A stretch of DNA of 64,000 nucleotides from an uncultured Acidobacteriaceae bacterium (GTDB taxonomy: Bacteria; Acidobacteriota; Terriglobia; Terriglobales; Acidobacteriaceae): positions 9,254 to 73,253 of the forward strand of contig CAWFUE010000084.1 in assembly GCA_963818905.1 (NCBI GenBank), given 5' to 3'. Below the pieces are notes generated by a model. It was not told the origin of the DNA, did not search any database, and saw only the letters and a program-made list of their open reading frames with translations. The translations under genes and the position numbers were made by a program. Positions 34,901 to 44,717 of this stretch are shown here, piece by piece. The first letter of the stretch is position 1. Every line of letters starts with the position of its first letter.

Positions 34901-36151
34901 TTAGCTCACTGCCAGCCATGCCAATGCAATCGCCAGCGTCACGACCGTCACCGGAACCCCAATCTTCATATACTCAACGAACCCGATATGGGCCTCAGCG
35001 CGCGCTTTTTCTACCACGATAATGTTGGCTACCGATCCGGTAATCGTAAGATTGCCTGCCAGCGTGCTGCTCATGGCGAGCATCAGCCAGGCATGATGCG
35101 GATCATGAAACTGCGGAATCAGCCCCTTCAGCAGCATTACCGCCGGTACATTGCTCACGATGTTGGAGAGCAGCGTAACCACCGCCGTGAAGATCACGTG
35201 GTTCTGCAGGTTGAGCCCCTCGGCCACGGCTAACAGCTGTTGCGTGATACCTGCCGCCTCGGCACCGCCAATCACTAGAAACAGTCCCAGAAACAGCATC
35301 AGCAGCGACCAATCCACATCACCATAAATCGCCTTGGGCGAATGCCGCCGCTGTACCAGCAAAAGAGCCCCGCCAGTGGCTGCGACCAGCGCCGGAGGAA
35401 ATCCCAAGAGAAATCCTGCGAGCACGCCAACAGTAATGATCATCGGCCAGGCCGGATGCATCTCCTGCGGCCAACTCTCCACCGCGGCTTCTTGCTTCGC
35501 CGGCTCGACGGTGGTCGCGCCGTTGCGCAGATGGATCCAATGCAGCAGCGCCCAGTCGACAAACAATCCGAGAATCGCCACTGGTCCAAGGTGAATCAGG
35601 AAGTCGCGATACGCGATTCCCGAGATCGATCCGATAAGAATATTTTGCGGATTCCCCGTTATCGTGGCCGTGCTGCCGATGTTGGAAGCTGTTGCCAGCG
35701 CCAGCAGATACGCAACCGGGCGCAACCCCATGCGCTTGCACAGTCCCAGAATCAGCGGCGCCATCACCAGACATACGATGTCATTTACCAGGAACGCCGA
35801 CAGAATTCCGCTGACGAAAATCACGCCCGGGAGCAATTGTCCGGGGCTGAGGTGTTCAATCGCCAGCGTCGTGATCCATTCGAAAAAGCCGGAGAGATGT
35901 AAGCTGGCGACGATCAGCATCATCGAGAACAGCAAGACCAGAGTAGTGAAGTCGATGCTGGCGACGGCCTGTTTCGGCGTGAGCACGCCAAAAACGAACA
36001 TCAGCACCGCGCCAATAACTGCCATCGCCGGCCGGTCGATCTTCGTTCCCGGCAGCCTGCCGATGGCGAACACTAGATAGCTGGCGAGAAAAATGACCCA
36101 GGCGACAACAATGTGCCAGTGCGGTAGGCTTTGACCGAGCGTGGACATCAT
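34901..36151 (-). CDS. ArsB/NhaD-superfamily (SLC13/citrate-transporter-like) anion permease
   Basis: AGGAGAG SD before the start. About 12 TM helices with repeated permease blocks (NIGSTATITGNPQNILI and TLAGNLTITGSVANIIV), typical of the ArsB/NhaD ion transporter fold. Confidence 0.7.
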   Translation of the reverse strand: MMSTLGQSLPHWHIVVAWVIFLASYLVFAIGRLPGTKIDRPAMAVIGAVLMFVFGVLTPKQAVASIDFTTLVLLFSMMLIVASLHLSGFFEWITTLAIEHLSPGQLLPGVIFVSGILSAFLVNDIVCLVMAPLILGLCKRMGLRPVAYLLALATASNIGSTATITGNPQNILIGSISGIAYRDFLIHLGPVAILGLFVDWALLHWIHLRNGATTVEPAKQEAAVESWPQEMHPAWPMIITVGVLAGFLLGFPPALVAATGGALLLVQRRHSPKAIYGDVDWSLLMLFLGLFLVIGGAEAAGITQQLLAVAEGLNLQNHVIFTAVVTLLSNIVSNVPAVMLLKGLIPQFHDPHHAWLMLAMSSTLAGNLTITGSVANIIVVEKARAEAHIGFVEYMKIGVPVTVVTLAIALAWLAVS

Positions 36152-36279
36152 TGCCGGGGCGCTCTCCTGAATTCAGCATTTGCCGACGCTGATTGTCATT
36201 GTCATACTAGGTACCGAAGCGGCTCGCTGGCCGCCCCCGTTTTGTTGAACGATTCACGATCGGTGAGAGGAAGCGTCGA

Positions 36280-36714
36280 ATGGTTCTAAGCGCTCGCTGT
36301 GTCACACTCGCCGTAATCTGTGTTTTGCTCTACAACACGGCCGATGCTTGGCAGACACCAACCGCCAAGGCCTCCGCAGCTGCCGGGTCAACAACCGTAA
36401 AGGTCGGCGACCAGGAGAACGGTAAAGATATCGATCTTACATCTGGCGGAGTGCTGATCGTAAGTCTCAGCAGTAATCCTTCGACCGGATATCGTTGGGC
36501 CGTCGCCGGCGATCCCTCGCCATTGAAGCTGCAAAAGGCCTCGTTTCGCAAGCAGGCAGCATCCCCGCAGCTGGTCGGAGCGCCGGGAGTGCAGGTCTTT
36601 CGCTTTAGCGCCAACTCCGCCGGTATGGCGACCCTCACTCTCAACTACAGCCGATCCTGGGAGTACAACGTGCGGCCTGCCAAGACATTCAGTGTCAGAG
36701 TCAAGGTTCGCTGA
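36280..36714 (+). CDS. Secreted chagasin-family (I42) cysteine-peptidase inhibitor
   Basis: Signal peptide, the NPSTGYRW motif (chagasin NPTTG loop), and a later SWEY/ATLTLNYSR beta pattern. Size is about 140 aa. Confidence 0.7.
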   Translation: MVLSARCVTLAVICVLLYNTADAWQTPTAKASAAAGSTTVKVGDQENGKDIDLTSGGVLIVSLSSNPSTGYRWAVAGDPSPLKLQKASFRKQAASPQLVGAPGVQVFRFSANSAGMATLTLNYSRSWEYNVRPAKTFSVRVKVR

Positions 36715-36892
36715 AGATTCCGATGCTTTGTATCAGAGCACGACTTAAGAGTCTGCGTCTGCGTGAGAACTAATGAATGCGACATACGAAAGTCCAATCC
36801 CGGAGGGGTGAAATTGCAGTTAGCCCAGGACGGAGCGCAGCGGAGTCCCGGGTAACGCCTGGGGAATTTCGCCGAGATTCAGCCCAGATTTA

Positions 36893-36949
36893 GTTGCAAC
36901 CTCGTTGCAACAGGCTTTGCAACTATCGCCGAAAGGCCCATTTTGCAAG
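36893..36949 (+). promoter_or_regulatory. Array of phased GTTGCAAC-type palindromic boxes upstream of feoAB (candidate operator)
   Basis: GTTGCAAC at 36893-36900 and 36904-36911, TTTGCAAC at 36916-36923, and TTTGCAAG at 36942-36949. The first three are spaced 11-12 bp apart. The array lies about 90-145 nt upstream of the feoA start. Confidence 0.3.
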
Positions 36950-37038
36950 GCTTTTCTACATTTCCCGAAAACGTTTACATATCACAAACGACTGTGACTT
37001 TGGTCGTTGCCTTCGTACATACACGGGGTAGAATAGAG

Positions 37039-37350
37039 ATGGAATTGAAAATGATTTTCAACTTCATCTTCGGCCGCCGCAGGAAAGCCCGCCCGGTGAA
37101 ATCCGGCGCGCTGGCGGATTTGCGCGTGGGCGAGAGCGCCATTCTCTCCGATCTTGAACTTTCTCCGCCGGTTGCCGAACATCTTATGAATCTGGGTTTC
37201 GTTCCCGGCCTGCTGGTTAAGGTTCTGCGCAGCGGTCCCGGCGGCGACCCTCGTGTCTATCGCGTCGACGGTACCGAAGTCGCCATGCGTCGCGATCTCT
37301 CCCGCCACATTCACGTCGAGCCCATCAGCGCTCCTGCGTTTGGAGACTGA
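37039..37350 (+). CDS. feoA: Ferrous iron transport protein A (FeoA domain)
   Basis: FeoA/SH3-like pattern LADLRVGESAILSDL ... HLMNLGFVPGLLVKVLRSGPGGDPRVYRVDGTEVAMRRD. It sits immediately upstream of feoB. The start is uncertain (ATG 37039 or 37051); ORF-track TTG 36943 is unlikely. Confidence 0.75.
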   Translation: MELKMIFNFIFGRRRKARPVKSGALADLRVGESAILSDLELSPPVAEHLMNLGFVPGLLVKVLRSGPGGDPRVYRVDGTEVAMRRDLSRHIHVEPISAPAFGD

Positions 37351-37353
37351 TCG

Positions 37354-39249
37354 ATGGGAGCTTCGACCGTGAGCTGTCACACCGTGGCGCGGCCCGAGGA
37401 CGAAGCTCGCGGAACAGCCTATCGCACGATCGCAGTCGTTGGTCCTCCCAACTCCGGCAAGACTACCCTCTTCAATCGCCTGACCAGGTTGCGCCAGAAG
37501 GTCGGCAACTTTCCCGGTGTCACCGTCGAGCACCATACCGGCTACATGCGCGACGCCAACGGCGAAGAGGTCGCGCTCATCGATCTTCCCGGCGTCTATA
37601 GCCTCACGCCCAAGTCCGAGGATGAAAAAGTTGCGGTCGATGTTCTCACCGGCCAGATGCCCGGCACGGCGCGTCCGGACGCCATCATACTTGTCCTGAA
37701 TTCCACCAACTTGCACAGTCACCTGGTGCTGGCGGGACGCGTCATTGCGCTCGGAGTTCCTACCCTGGTGCTGCTCAATATGGCGGACGAACTGCGCAAA
37801 CAAGGCGGCCATGTCGATGTGCTCGCGCTGGCCTGCGAGTTGGGAACGCCGGTTGCTTTGGTGAGTGCCACTACTGGCGAGGGAATGATTGCAGTACACA
37901 ATTTTCTGTCGAGCGCGACCGCCAGCCCCGAGCCTCTGGAGTTGCCGGTTGTGGGCAATGCTCGTACCTATCGTGAGTGGGCGGTGCGAGTCGGCGCCCA
38001 CGCAAAATATCGCCGTCCGGCTACGCCGGCTTGGACGTCGCGTCTCGATTCAGTTTTTCTGCATCGCATTTGGGGACCAGTCATTTTCCTGGTGGTCGTC
38101 GTCGCCGTTTTCCAGATCATCTTTGCCGTAGGCCAGCCGCTTTCCAACTTGCTGCAGAGGTTTCTCGACAGCACCGGTGCGCGGGTAGGTGCTCACCTGC
38201 CGGCAGGGATGTTCCAGTCGTTGATCGTAAATGGCGTGTGGAAGGGAACTGGCTCCGTGCTGGTGTTCTTGCCGCAGATCCTGCTGCTGTTCCTGGTGAT
38301 CGGCATTCTGGAGGATTCGGGATATTTGTCTCGCGCCGCAGTGATTGCCGATCGCACCATGTCGCGCGTCGGGCTCAATGGCAAGAGTTTTATCCCACTG
38401 CTCTCGGCATACGCCTGCGCGGTGCCGGCCATCATGGCGACGCGCACGATTGAGAGCAAACGCGATCGCATCGCCACCATTCTGGTTGCGCCCTTCATGA
38501 CCTGCTCGGCGCGACTGCCGGTCTACACCATGGTGATTGCCGCGTTTCTTCCAAGTCGTCCGCTGCTCGGTCCGTTTCTCGGCACGCGCGCGACGGCCAT
38601 GCTCGGACTCTATGTTCTGGGATTTCTCATGGCAGTTATTACGGCGCGGCTCTTAAAGTCCACCATCCTCAAGAGCAAGGACGCGCCGTTCATATTGGAG
38701 ATGCCGCCGTATCGCTGGCCAACGCCGGCATCGCTGGGCCTGCGTTTGGTTGATCGCGGCAAGGCATTCCTCTATCGTGCGGGTACCATCATCATGCTGG
38801 TGTCGCTGCTGCTGTGGGCAGCGACCAACTTCCCCATGCATCACGGCCAGCCGCCTGCTGTGCAGGACAGCGTGGTAGCTAAGGTCGGTCACGCGATCGA
38901 GCCTGCAATTCGCCCGCTTGGATTTGATTGGAAGATCGGCGTCGGCCTGCTGACTTCCGTCGCAGCCCGCGAAGTCATCATTGCGACCATGGGTACTCTA
39001 AACGGCGTCGATCCCGAATCGCACGCCACCGACCTGCAAACGGCCTTGCGTCACGAACTCACTCCTGCCGCAGCTGTGGCCTTGCTTGTCTTCTTCGCCT
39101 TCGCCATGCAGTGCATGTCCACAGTCGCCGTGGTGCGCCGTGAAACCAACAGCTGGAAATGGCCGGCGCTGCAGTTTTCTTACATGACTGTCGTCGCCTA
39201 CATCGCTGCCTTCGCTGCCTATAACATCGTCGGACACTTGATTGGTTAA
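37354..39249 (+). CDS. feoB: Ferrous iron transporter FeoB
   Basis: N-terminal G-domain (VVGPPNSGKTTLFNRLT, DLPGVYSL, NMAD) followed by the polytopic FeoB membrane domain with gate motifs. Confidence 0.92.
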   Translation: MGASTVSCHTVARPEDEARGTAYRTIAVVGPPNSGKTTLFNRLTRLRQKVGNFPGVTVEHHTGYMRDANGEEVALIDLPGVYSLTPKSEDEKVAVDVLTGQMPGTARPDAIILVLNSTNLHSHLVLAGRVIALGVPTLVLLNMADELRKQGGHVDVLALACELGTPVALVSATTGEGMIAVHNFLSSATASPEPLELPVVGNARTYREWAVRVGAHAKYRRPATPAWTSRLDSVFLHRIWGPVIFLVVVVAVFQIIFAVGQPLSNLLQRFLDSTGARVGAHLPAGMFQSLIVNGVWKGTGSVLVFLPQILLLFLVIGILEDSGYLSRAAVIADRTMSRVGLNGKSFIPLLSAYACAVPAIMATRTIESKRDRIATILVAPFMTCSARLPVYTMVIAAFLPSRPLLGPFLGTRATAMLGLYVLGFLMAVITARLLKSTILKSKDAPFILEMPPYRWPTPASLGLRLVDRGKAFLYRAGTIIMLVSLLLWAATNFPMHHGQPPAVQDSVVAKVGHAIEPAIRPLGFDWKIGVGLLTSVAAREVIIATMGTLNGVDPESHATDLQTALRHELTPAAAVALLVFFAFAMQCMSTVAVVRRETNSWKWPALQFSYMTVVAYIAAFAAYNIVGHLIG

Positions 39250-39977
39250 ATCGATCCCACAAGCTCTTTCACCAGCGTAGGCAGTATCTCGCCTGCTTTG
39301 CCCAGTACCACGGTATCGAAAAAGGCGCGATTCGCCGGTTCTTCCGGGCCGATATAAGCGGCTCGCGCGCCATTCAATCGCGCCATGCGCACAAAGCTGG
39401 CCGCGGGTTCGACCACGCCCGAAGTTCCAATGGTGAGCAGCACCGTACAGATTCGAAGCTGCTCAAAGATACGGTCCATCGAATATGGAATCTCGCCGAA
39501 CCAGCAAACATGGGGCCGTACGATAGATCCGCATTCCGGGCAGGTGGGAATCTCCGCCCGGCTCAGGTAGGACCGCTCATCGTCAAACGGTTTGGTGCGG
39601 CAACTTTGGCGCGAGCAGCGGGTCTGCATCAGCCGGCCATGCATGTGCACGATGCGCCGCGATCCCGCCTGCTCATGTAGCGAGTCCACATTTTGCGTGC
39701 ACAGGAAAAACCTTTCCTGCAAACTCTGCTCCAGTTTGGCGAGCGCGAAGTGGGCTGCATTGGCGATGACCGTTGCGTGCCGCTTGCGCCGCTCCGAATA
39801 GAACTGCCACACCATTTCGGGATTTGCGGCGAAGGCCTCCGGCGTCGCCACATCCTGCACCCGATAGCCGCGCCACAGTCCATCGGGCCCGCGAAATGTG
39901 GGCAGACCGCTTTCGGCGCTGACTCCAGCGCCGGTCAGCACGAATACCCGGTCCTGCGGCGATACTGGCTGAATCAT
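39246..39977 (-). CDS. cobB: Sir2-family NAD-dependent protein deacylase (CobB-like)
   Basis: GAGVSAESGLPTFRG, TQNVDSLHEQAG, HGRL, zinc ribbon C..C...C.EC, PHVCWFGE, GTSGVVEPAA. ATG 39977 overlaps the upstream stop (ATGA). Confidence 0.85.
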   Translation of the reverse strand: MIQPVSPQDRVFVLTGAGVSAESGLPTFRGPDGLWRGYRVQDVATPEAFAANPEMVWQFYSERRKRHATVIANAAHFALAKLEQSLQERFFLCTQNVDSLHEQAGSRRIVHMHGRLMQTRCSRQSCRTKPFDDERSYLSRAEIPTCPECGSIVRPHVCWFGEIPYSMDRIFEQLRICTVLLTIGTSGVVEPAASFVRMARLNGARAAYIGPEEPANRAFFDTVVLGKAGEILPTLVKELVGSI

Positions 39978-41974
39978 TGACCTCCTGTGGTCGCTGCTGT
40001 TGCAGACTCGCCTTTCAGGTATTTGTCGAACCAATCAACGGTGCGGCGGAGCGAGTCAATTTGGTTTTCGCGCTTGGAAAACCCGTGTCCTTCGGCTTCG
40101 TAATAGTGCGCCTCCACGGTTCGACCGTCCTTCTTCAGAATTTCTACCACTTGTTCGGCCTCTTCCTTTGGTACACGGATATCATTCGTTCCCTGCAATA
40201 CCAGCAGAGGGGCTTTTTCGTCGCGAATGTACTTGATCGGCGAAGCGGCTTCGTATATCGCGCGGTCCTTCTCGGGATCGCCCAGAAGTGTTTCCTCATA
40301 CTGCTTCAGGAAGGGATCTTCATGCTGCAGCATGGTGTACCAGTTGATGATTCCGTACTCCTCGACGGCAGCCGCCCATATATTCGGCGTTTTGCCGATC
40401 GCCATCAGCGTCATGAATCCGCCGTAGGAGCCGCCGGTGATGCCAATCTTCTTCGCATCCACATAACCGGTATCAATCAGGAACTTGGTCGCGTAGACTT
40501 CGTCCTGCAGATCGCCGCCACCAAGGTCCTTGTAGTTGGCCTTCTGGAACTCGATGCCATATCCGGTCGATCCTCGAACATTGGGGGCAATACAGACATA
40601 TCCTCGGGAAGCCAGAGCTGCGGCGGTGGAATCGAAATAGTCCACCTCTTGACCCGTTGGCCCTCCATGCGGCAACACGACTGCGGGATTTGTGCCGTCC
40701 CGCTTCAGGTTGAATGGCATCCACAAGAACGCGCTGATCATTTTCCCGTCGAAGCTCTTGTAGTGGACCAGCTGCGCCGCCGGCAAACTTGCCGGATCGA
40801 GTCCTGCCACTGCTGAAAACGTCAGCTGGCGTGGTTGACCGGAGGCGAGGTCATAGACCCACAAATCCGATGGCCGCTGTGAACTCTCATGGCTGAGCAG
40901 CATCGACTTCCCATCAGAAGAAAATGACGTGGGAGTTCCGCTGGGAAACGTGAGACCTTCGGGCATCGCGATCGCATTCGATTTTCCGGACGCAATGTCG
41001 TACAGATACGTGGTTGTTAGCCCGTCGGCATTCAGCACCCACGTCGCCAGTTTGCCATCAGGAGAGAACTCCCCGCTTTGGGCTTCCCATTGCGTGTCGG
41101 TAATCCACTTCAGTTGCTTGCTGGCGATATCGAGTAGCGCGACGTTCTGATATCCGCCTTTTTGGTTGGACGTCACCAACACGCTGCGGCCGTCGGGAGA
41201 AACGCTGCTCGCAGTAAACAGAACCTTGCCCTGATGAGGAGTCAACTCCTCGGCGCGTCCGGTGGCAACCTCGATTCTGTACACGCTGCCATCATCGAAG
41301 CCGGCATTGATGCGCGTGGCAATGACGTACTTGTCGTCGGCTGTCCAGTTCGAAAGCTGCCACAGATGATCCTTTGTCTGCTCGTTAGTAAGCTTTCTCA
41401 CCTGGTGTGAGCTCCAGTCCAGTAAAGCGATGTCCGCGACGGAAGCCGTTTTTGGCTTGTAGCCGAAGGCGATTGTCTTTCCATCGTGCGAGAAGATCGG
41501 TCCGGTCTCGGAGATATCCGGCGTATTGGTGAGGTTGATCGGCGCGCCTCCGTCGCCTGCAACTGCGAACAGGTCGTAATATTCGCTGCCGCCGAAGTCC
41601 TGGTTATAGACAATCCATTTGCCATCGGGCGACCATACCGCACCGAACTGCCGGTCATCTGAGACGGTGAGCTGCAGCGGCCATCCTCCGCCTGAATTTA
41701 CCTTCCACAAGTTCATGCGGCCGGTGAAATTCGTGCTGAAGACAATCTGCTTGCCATCAGGCGACCACGTTGGGGAACCGACGCGCCGGCTGTAGAAGAG
41801 ATCTTCGATCGAGACCGGCCGGGCCGATGGACTGTTCGGCGAAGTAATTGACTTTGGATCGGTAGGCACGCGAGCGCTGGGCGAATTGGGAGTATCCGCC
41901 CCGGTTGCAAGTACCGCGCTCAACAAAACCGTGAGGATTGGCGAAGCGAAACACAATCTCGGCTCGAAGCGCAT
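39974..41974 (-). CDS. S9-family serine peptidase (prolyl oligopeptidase/DPP-like) with N-terminal beta-propeller
   Basis: AGGAGAG SD before ATG 41974, then a signal peptide. TolB-like propeller repeats (WSPDGK.IV). The catalytic block is GITGGSYGGFMTL, followed by LLVLQGTNDIRVP and EGHGF (Ser-Asp-His triad). Confidence 0.88.
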   Translation of the reverse strand: MRFEPRLCFASPILTVLLSAVLATGADTPNSPSARVPTDPKSITSPNSPSARPVSIEDLFYSRRVGSPTWSPDGKQIVFSTNFTGRMNLWKVNSGGGWPLQLTVSDDRQFGAVWSPDGKWIVYNQDFGGSEYYDLFAVAGDGGAPINLTNTPDISETGPIFSHDGKTIAFGYKPKTASVADIALLDWSSHQVRKLTNEQTKDHLWQLSNWTADDKYVIATRINAGFDDGSVYRIEVATGRAEELTPHQGKVLFTASSVSPDGRSVLVTSNQKGGYQNVALLDIASKQLKWITDTQWEAQSGEFSPDGKLATWVLNADGLTTTYLYDIASGKSNAIAMPEGLTFPSGTPTSFSSDGKSMLLSHESSQRPSDLWVYDLASGQPRQLTFSAVAGLDPASLPAAQLVHYKSFDGKMISAFLWMPFNLKRDGTNPAVVLPHGGPTGQEVDYFDSTAAALASRGYVCIAPNVRGSTGYGIEFQKANYKDLGGGDLQDEVYATKFLIDTGYVDAKKIGITGGSYGGFMTLMAIGKTPNIWAAAVEEYGIINWYTMLQHEDPFLKQYEETLLGDPEKDRAIYEAASPIKYIRDEKAPLLVLQGTNDIRVPKEEAEQVVEILKKDGRTVEAHYYEAEGHGFSKRENQIDSLRRTVDWFDKYLKGESATAATTGGQ

Positions 41975-42202
41975 TGAATTCTCTCCTCTGCGTACATAAC
42001 AAACTCCCCTGGCCCGCATCGACGGCTACGTAACTCCTTTCCCGACACTATATACTGGTGGGTTGGAACGCTCGGCGCGGTCATCACCGACTCGGGTGCA
42101 TCCGTCTAATCGCTAGAGAATCTATCACTATTGTGGGTTCAAAAGTGGCCTGCGTTTCCATGGGAACATTGGCCCGGGAGCTATTCATCCTTGTCTACCG
42201 TA

Positions 42203-44653
42203 ATGATGAATGTTGACAGCGAGAAGCAGGAGCGCGTTCTCGACGCGTTTCGCCGCTGGGGATATCTGCAAGCGAACCTCGATCCACTGGGACATTTTCC
42301 TCCGTTAGCACATCCCGAGTTGGACATGTCGGGTGAGGTGGCCGATGCCGCGCGCCGCATCTACAGCGGCAGCATTGGCGTTGAGTTCATGCACATTGCC
42401 GATCCCGAGCGCCGTCAGTGGATTCAGGAGCGTATGGAGTCGCAGCAAGCTGAGGCGCTGGACCGCACTCGCATCCTCGACCAGCTTGTGCGTGCTGACG
42501 TCTTCGAGCAGACCATCCATTCGCGTTACATAGGCACCAAGCGCTACTCGCTGGAAGGCAACACGGCCCTGATTCCTTTGCTCGACGAGATTCTGACTTC
42601 GGCATCTGGATATGGAGCGGAGCAGGCCGTGCTGGCCATGAGCCATCGCGGACGCCTGAATGTCATCATCAATATCGTGAGCCGCCCCGCGGCGGAGATT
42701 TTTGCCGGCTTTGAAGATGTCGATCCGCGCAGCGTTCTGGGAGGCGGCGATGTCAAATACCACATTGGCGCGACCGGAATTTACACCGGTGCCAATGGAC
42801 GCCAGGTGCGGATTCACATGGTTTCCAATCCCAGCCATCTCGAAGCTGTCGATCCTGTGGCCTTGGGACGTACTCGAGCGAAGCAGACGCGTCTTGGTCG
42901 CGACGGCAAAGCTCGCGTGTTGCCCATCCTGATGCACGGCGACGCCGCCTTTGCGGGGCAGGGAATTACCGCCGAAACCCTGAACCTCGCCAATCTTCGC
43001 GGTTACACCGTCGGCGGAACGGTGCACATCATCGTCAACAACCTGATCGGATTTACCACCAATCCGAGCGATGCTTATTCTGGCCGCTTCTCATCGGATC
43101 TTGCCAAGCGCCTGCCAATTCCCATATTCCATGTTAATGGTGAAGATGTTGACGCAGTGGTGCGCGCCGGTCGCATTGCGCTGGAATATCGCTATGAATT
43201 TGCTTCTGACGCGGTGGTTGACCTGATCGGCTTCCGCCGCCATGGTCACTCCGAGGTCGACGATCCAACCATCACTCAGCCGATCCTATATCGCAAGATC
43301 AAAGACCATCCCATGCTCTATCAGATCTACGCTCGAAATGTGGGTCTGGATGCGCAGCCATACGTGGAGAAGTTCCAGCGAGAACTTGATGCTGCGGAGA
43401 AGGCCGGCAAGAGCATGGTGAAAAAGCCGCCGATGCGCCAGCTGCCGAGTTACTGGGCGCCATTCCACGGCGGTCCTTACAATCCAGCGGACGAAGTCGA
43501 TACCGGGTTGCCTGCCGAAAAGCTTCAGCAGATCACCGATGCGTTAGTGAAATATCCGGAAGACTTTCACATTCATCCCAAAGTGCAAAAGTTGCTGGAG
43601 CAGCGGCGCGAAATGGGCTACGGCCATCGTCCCTTAGATTTCGGAATGGCAGAAGCGTTGGCCTTAGGATCGCTGGCGATGGAGGGAATTCCAATCCGCA
43701 TCAGTGGACAGGACAGCCGGCGCGGCACCTTCAATCAGCGGCATTCCGTGCTGATCGATATCGTTGACGAGCGCGAATATGTTCCGCTCTGCCATCTCGC
43801 GCCTGGTCAGGCACGAGTGGAAATCTACAATTCGGAGCTCTCGGAAGCTGCTGTCATGGGTTTCGAATATGGATTCACGCGCGACTATCCTGAGGCGTTG
43901 GTTGCATGGGAGGCGCAGTTTGGAGATTTCGCCAATGGCGCGCAGATCATCATCGATCAATTCATCGTGGCCAGTGAGGACAAGTGGGACCTGTTGACCG
44001 GACTGGTTCTGTTGCTGCCGCACGGACATGAAGGGCAGGGCCCGGAGCATTCCAGCGCCCGGATCGAGCGTTATCTGCAGCTTTGCGCGCGTGACAACAT
44101 GCAGGTCTGCCAGCCTTCGACGGCGGGACAGTATTTTCATCTCCTTCGCCGCCAAGTCTTACGGAAATGGCGAAAACCATTAATTGCCTTCATGCCGAAG
44201 AGCATGCTGCGCCATCCCGAAGCGGTTTCGCCGATCTCGGAGTTGGAACGGCCGCGGTTTCTCAACGTCATTCCCGATGAAACGGCTGTGAATGCGAAAC
44301 GAGTGCTGCTGTGCACCGGCAAGATCGCCCACGAATTGGGCATGGAGCGCAAGAAACTGAAGATGGCAGGTCCGGCGATTGTATCGCTGGAACAGCTATA
44401 TCCGTTTCCCGAGATCGAAGTCAGCGAAGTGCTCGGCCGCTACAAGAACGCTACGGAATTCATCTGGGTGCAGGAAGAGCCGGCGAACATGGGAGCGCTT
44501 TCGTTCGTGACGCCGCGCCTCAAGCGGATATTGGGTTCGAAGCTGCGCAGCATCAAACGGGCTCCGAACTCCACGCCCGCTACGGGTTCAGCGAAGGCTC
44601 ATGAGTTGGAGCAGAAGACGCTGATCACGCTGGCGCTGGGTAAAGGAGAATGA
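42203..44653 (+). CDS. sucA: 2-oxoglutarate dehydrogenase E1 component
   Basis: AFRRWGYLQANLDPLG, SIGVEFMHI, KRYSLEG, MSHRGRLNV, GDVKYHIG, HGDAAFAGQG, GGTVHIIVNNLIGFTT, RRHGHSEVDDP, SGQDSRRGTF, WEAQFGDF and LPHGHEGQGPEHSS are canonical SucA blocks. ATG 42203 is preferred over 42131. Confidence 0.92.
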   Translation: MMNVDSEKQERVLDAFRRWGYLQANLDPLGHFPPLAHPELDMSGEVADAARRIYSGSIGVEFMHIADPERRQWIQERMESQQAEALDRTRILDQLVRADVFEQTIHSRYIGTKRYSLEGNTALIPLLDEILTSASGYGAEQAVLAMSHRGRLNVIINIVSRPAAEIFAGFEDVDPRSVLGGGDVKYHIGATGIYTGANGRQVRIHMVSNPSHLEAVDPVALGRTRAKQTRLGRDGKARVLPILMHGDAAFAGQGITAETLNLANLRGYTVGGTVHIIVNNLIGFTTNPSDAYSGRFSSDLAKRLPIPIFHVNGEDVDAVVRAGRIALEYRYEFASDAVVDLIGFRRHGHSEVDDPTITQPILYRKIKDHPMLYQIYARNVGLDAQPYVEKFQRELDAAEKAGKSMVKKPPMRQLPSYWAPFHGGPYNPADEVDTGLPAEKLQQITDALVKYPEDFHIHPKVQKLLEQRREMGYGHRPLDFGMAEALALGSLAMEGIPIRISGQDSRRGTFNQRHSVLIDIVDEREYVPLCHLAPGQARVEIYNSELSEAAVMGFEYGFTRDYPEALVAWEAQFGDFANGAQIIIDQFIVASEDKWDLLTGLVLLLPHGHEGQGPEHSSARIERYLQLCARDNMQVCQPSTAGQYFHLLRRQVLRKWRKPLIAFMPKSMLRHPEAVSPISELERPRFLNVIPDETAVNAKRVLLCTGKIAHELGMERKKLKMAGPAIVSLEQLYPFPEIEVSEVLGRYKNATEFIWVQEEPANMGALSFVTPRLKRILGSKLRSIKRAPNSTPATGSAKAHELEQKTLITLALGKGE

Positions 44654-44717
44654 GAACGATTCTCAGCGAGTATTGCCTGCCTGCGAGTAACTACCGCGTT
44701 CCGCCTCTGGGTAAGGC

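Noticed and set aside
36800-36860. Imperfect hairpin CCCAGGAC-GGAGCGCAGCGGA-GTCCCGGG in the feoA leader, considered as another REP family or an RNA element.
   Set aside because: There is a single occurrence in the window with a mismatch in the stem. It cannot be distinguished from chance without genome-wide counts.
39246-39249. The convergent feoB and Sir2-deacylase genes share their stop codons within the palindrome TTAA.
   Set aside because: The overlap is real but trivial. A 4-nt tail-to-tail overlap needs no special explanation.
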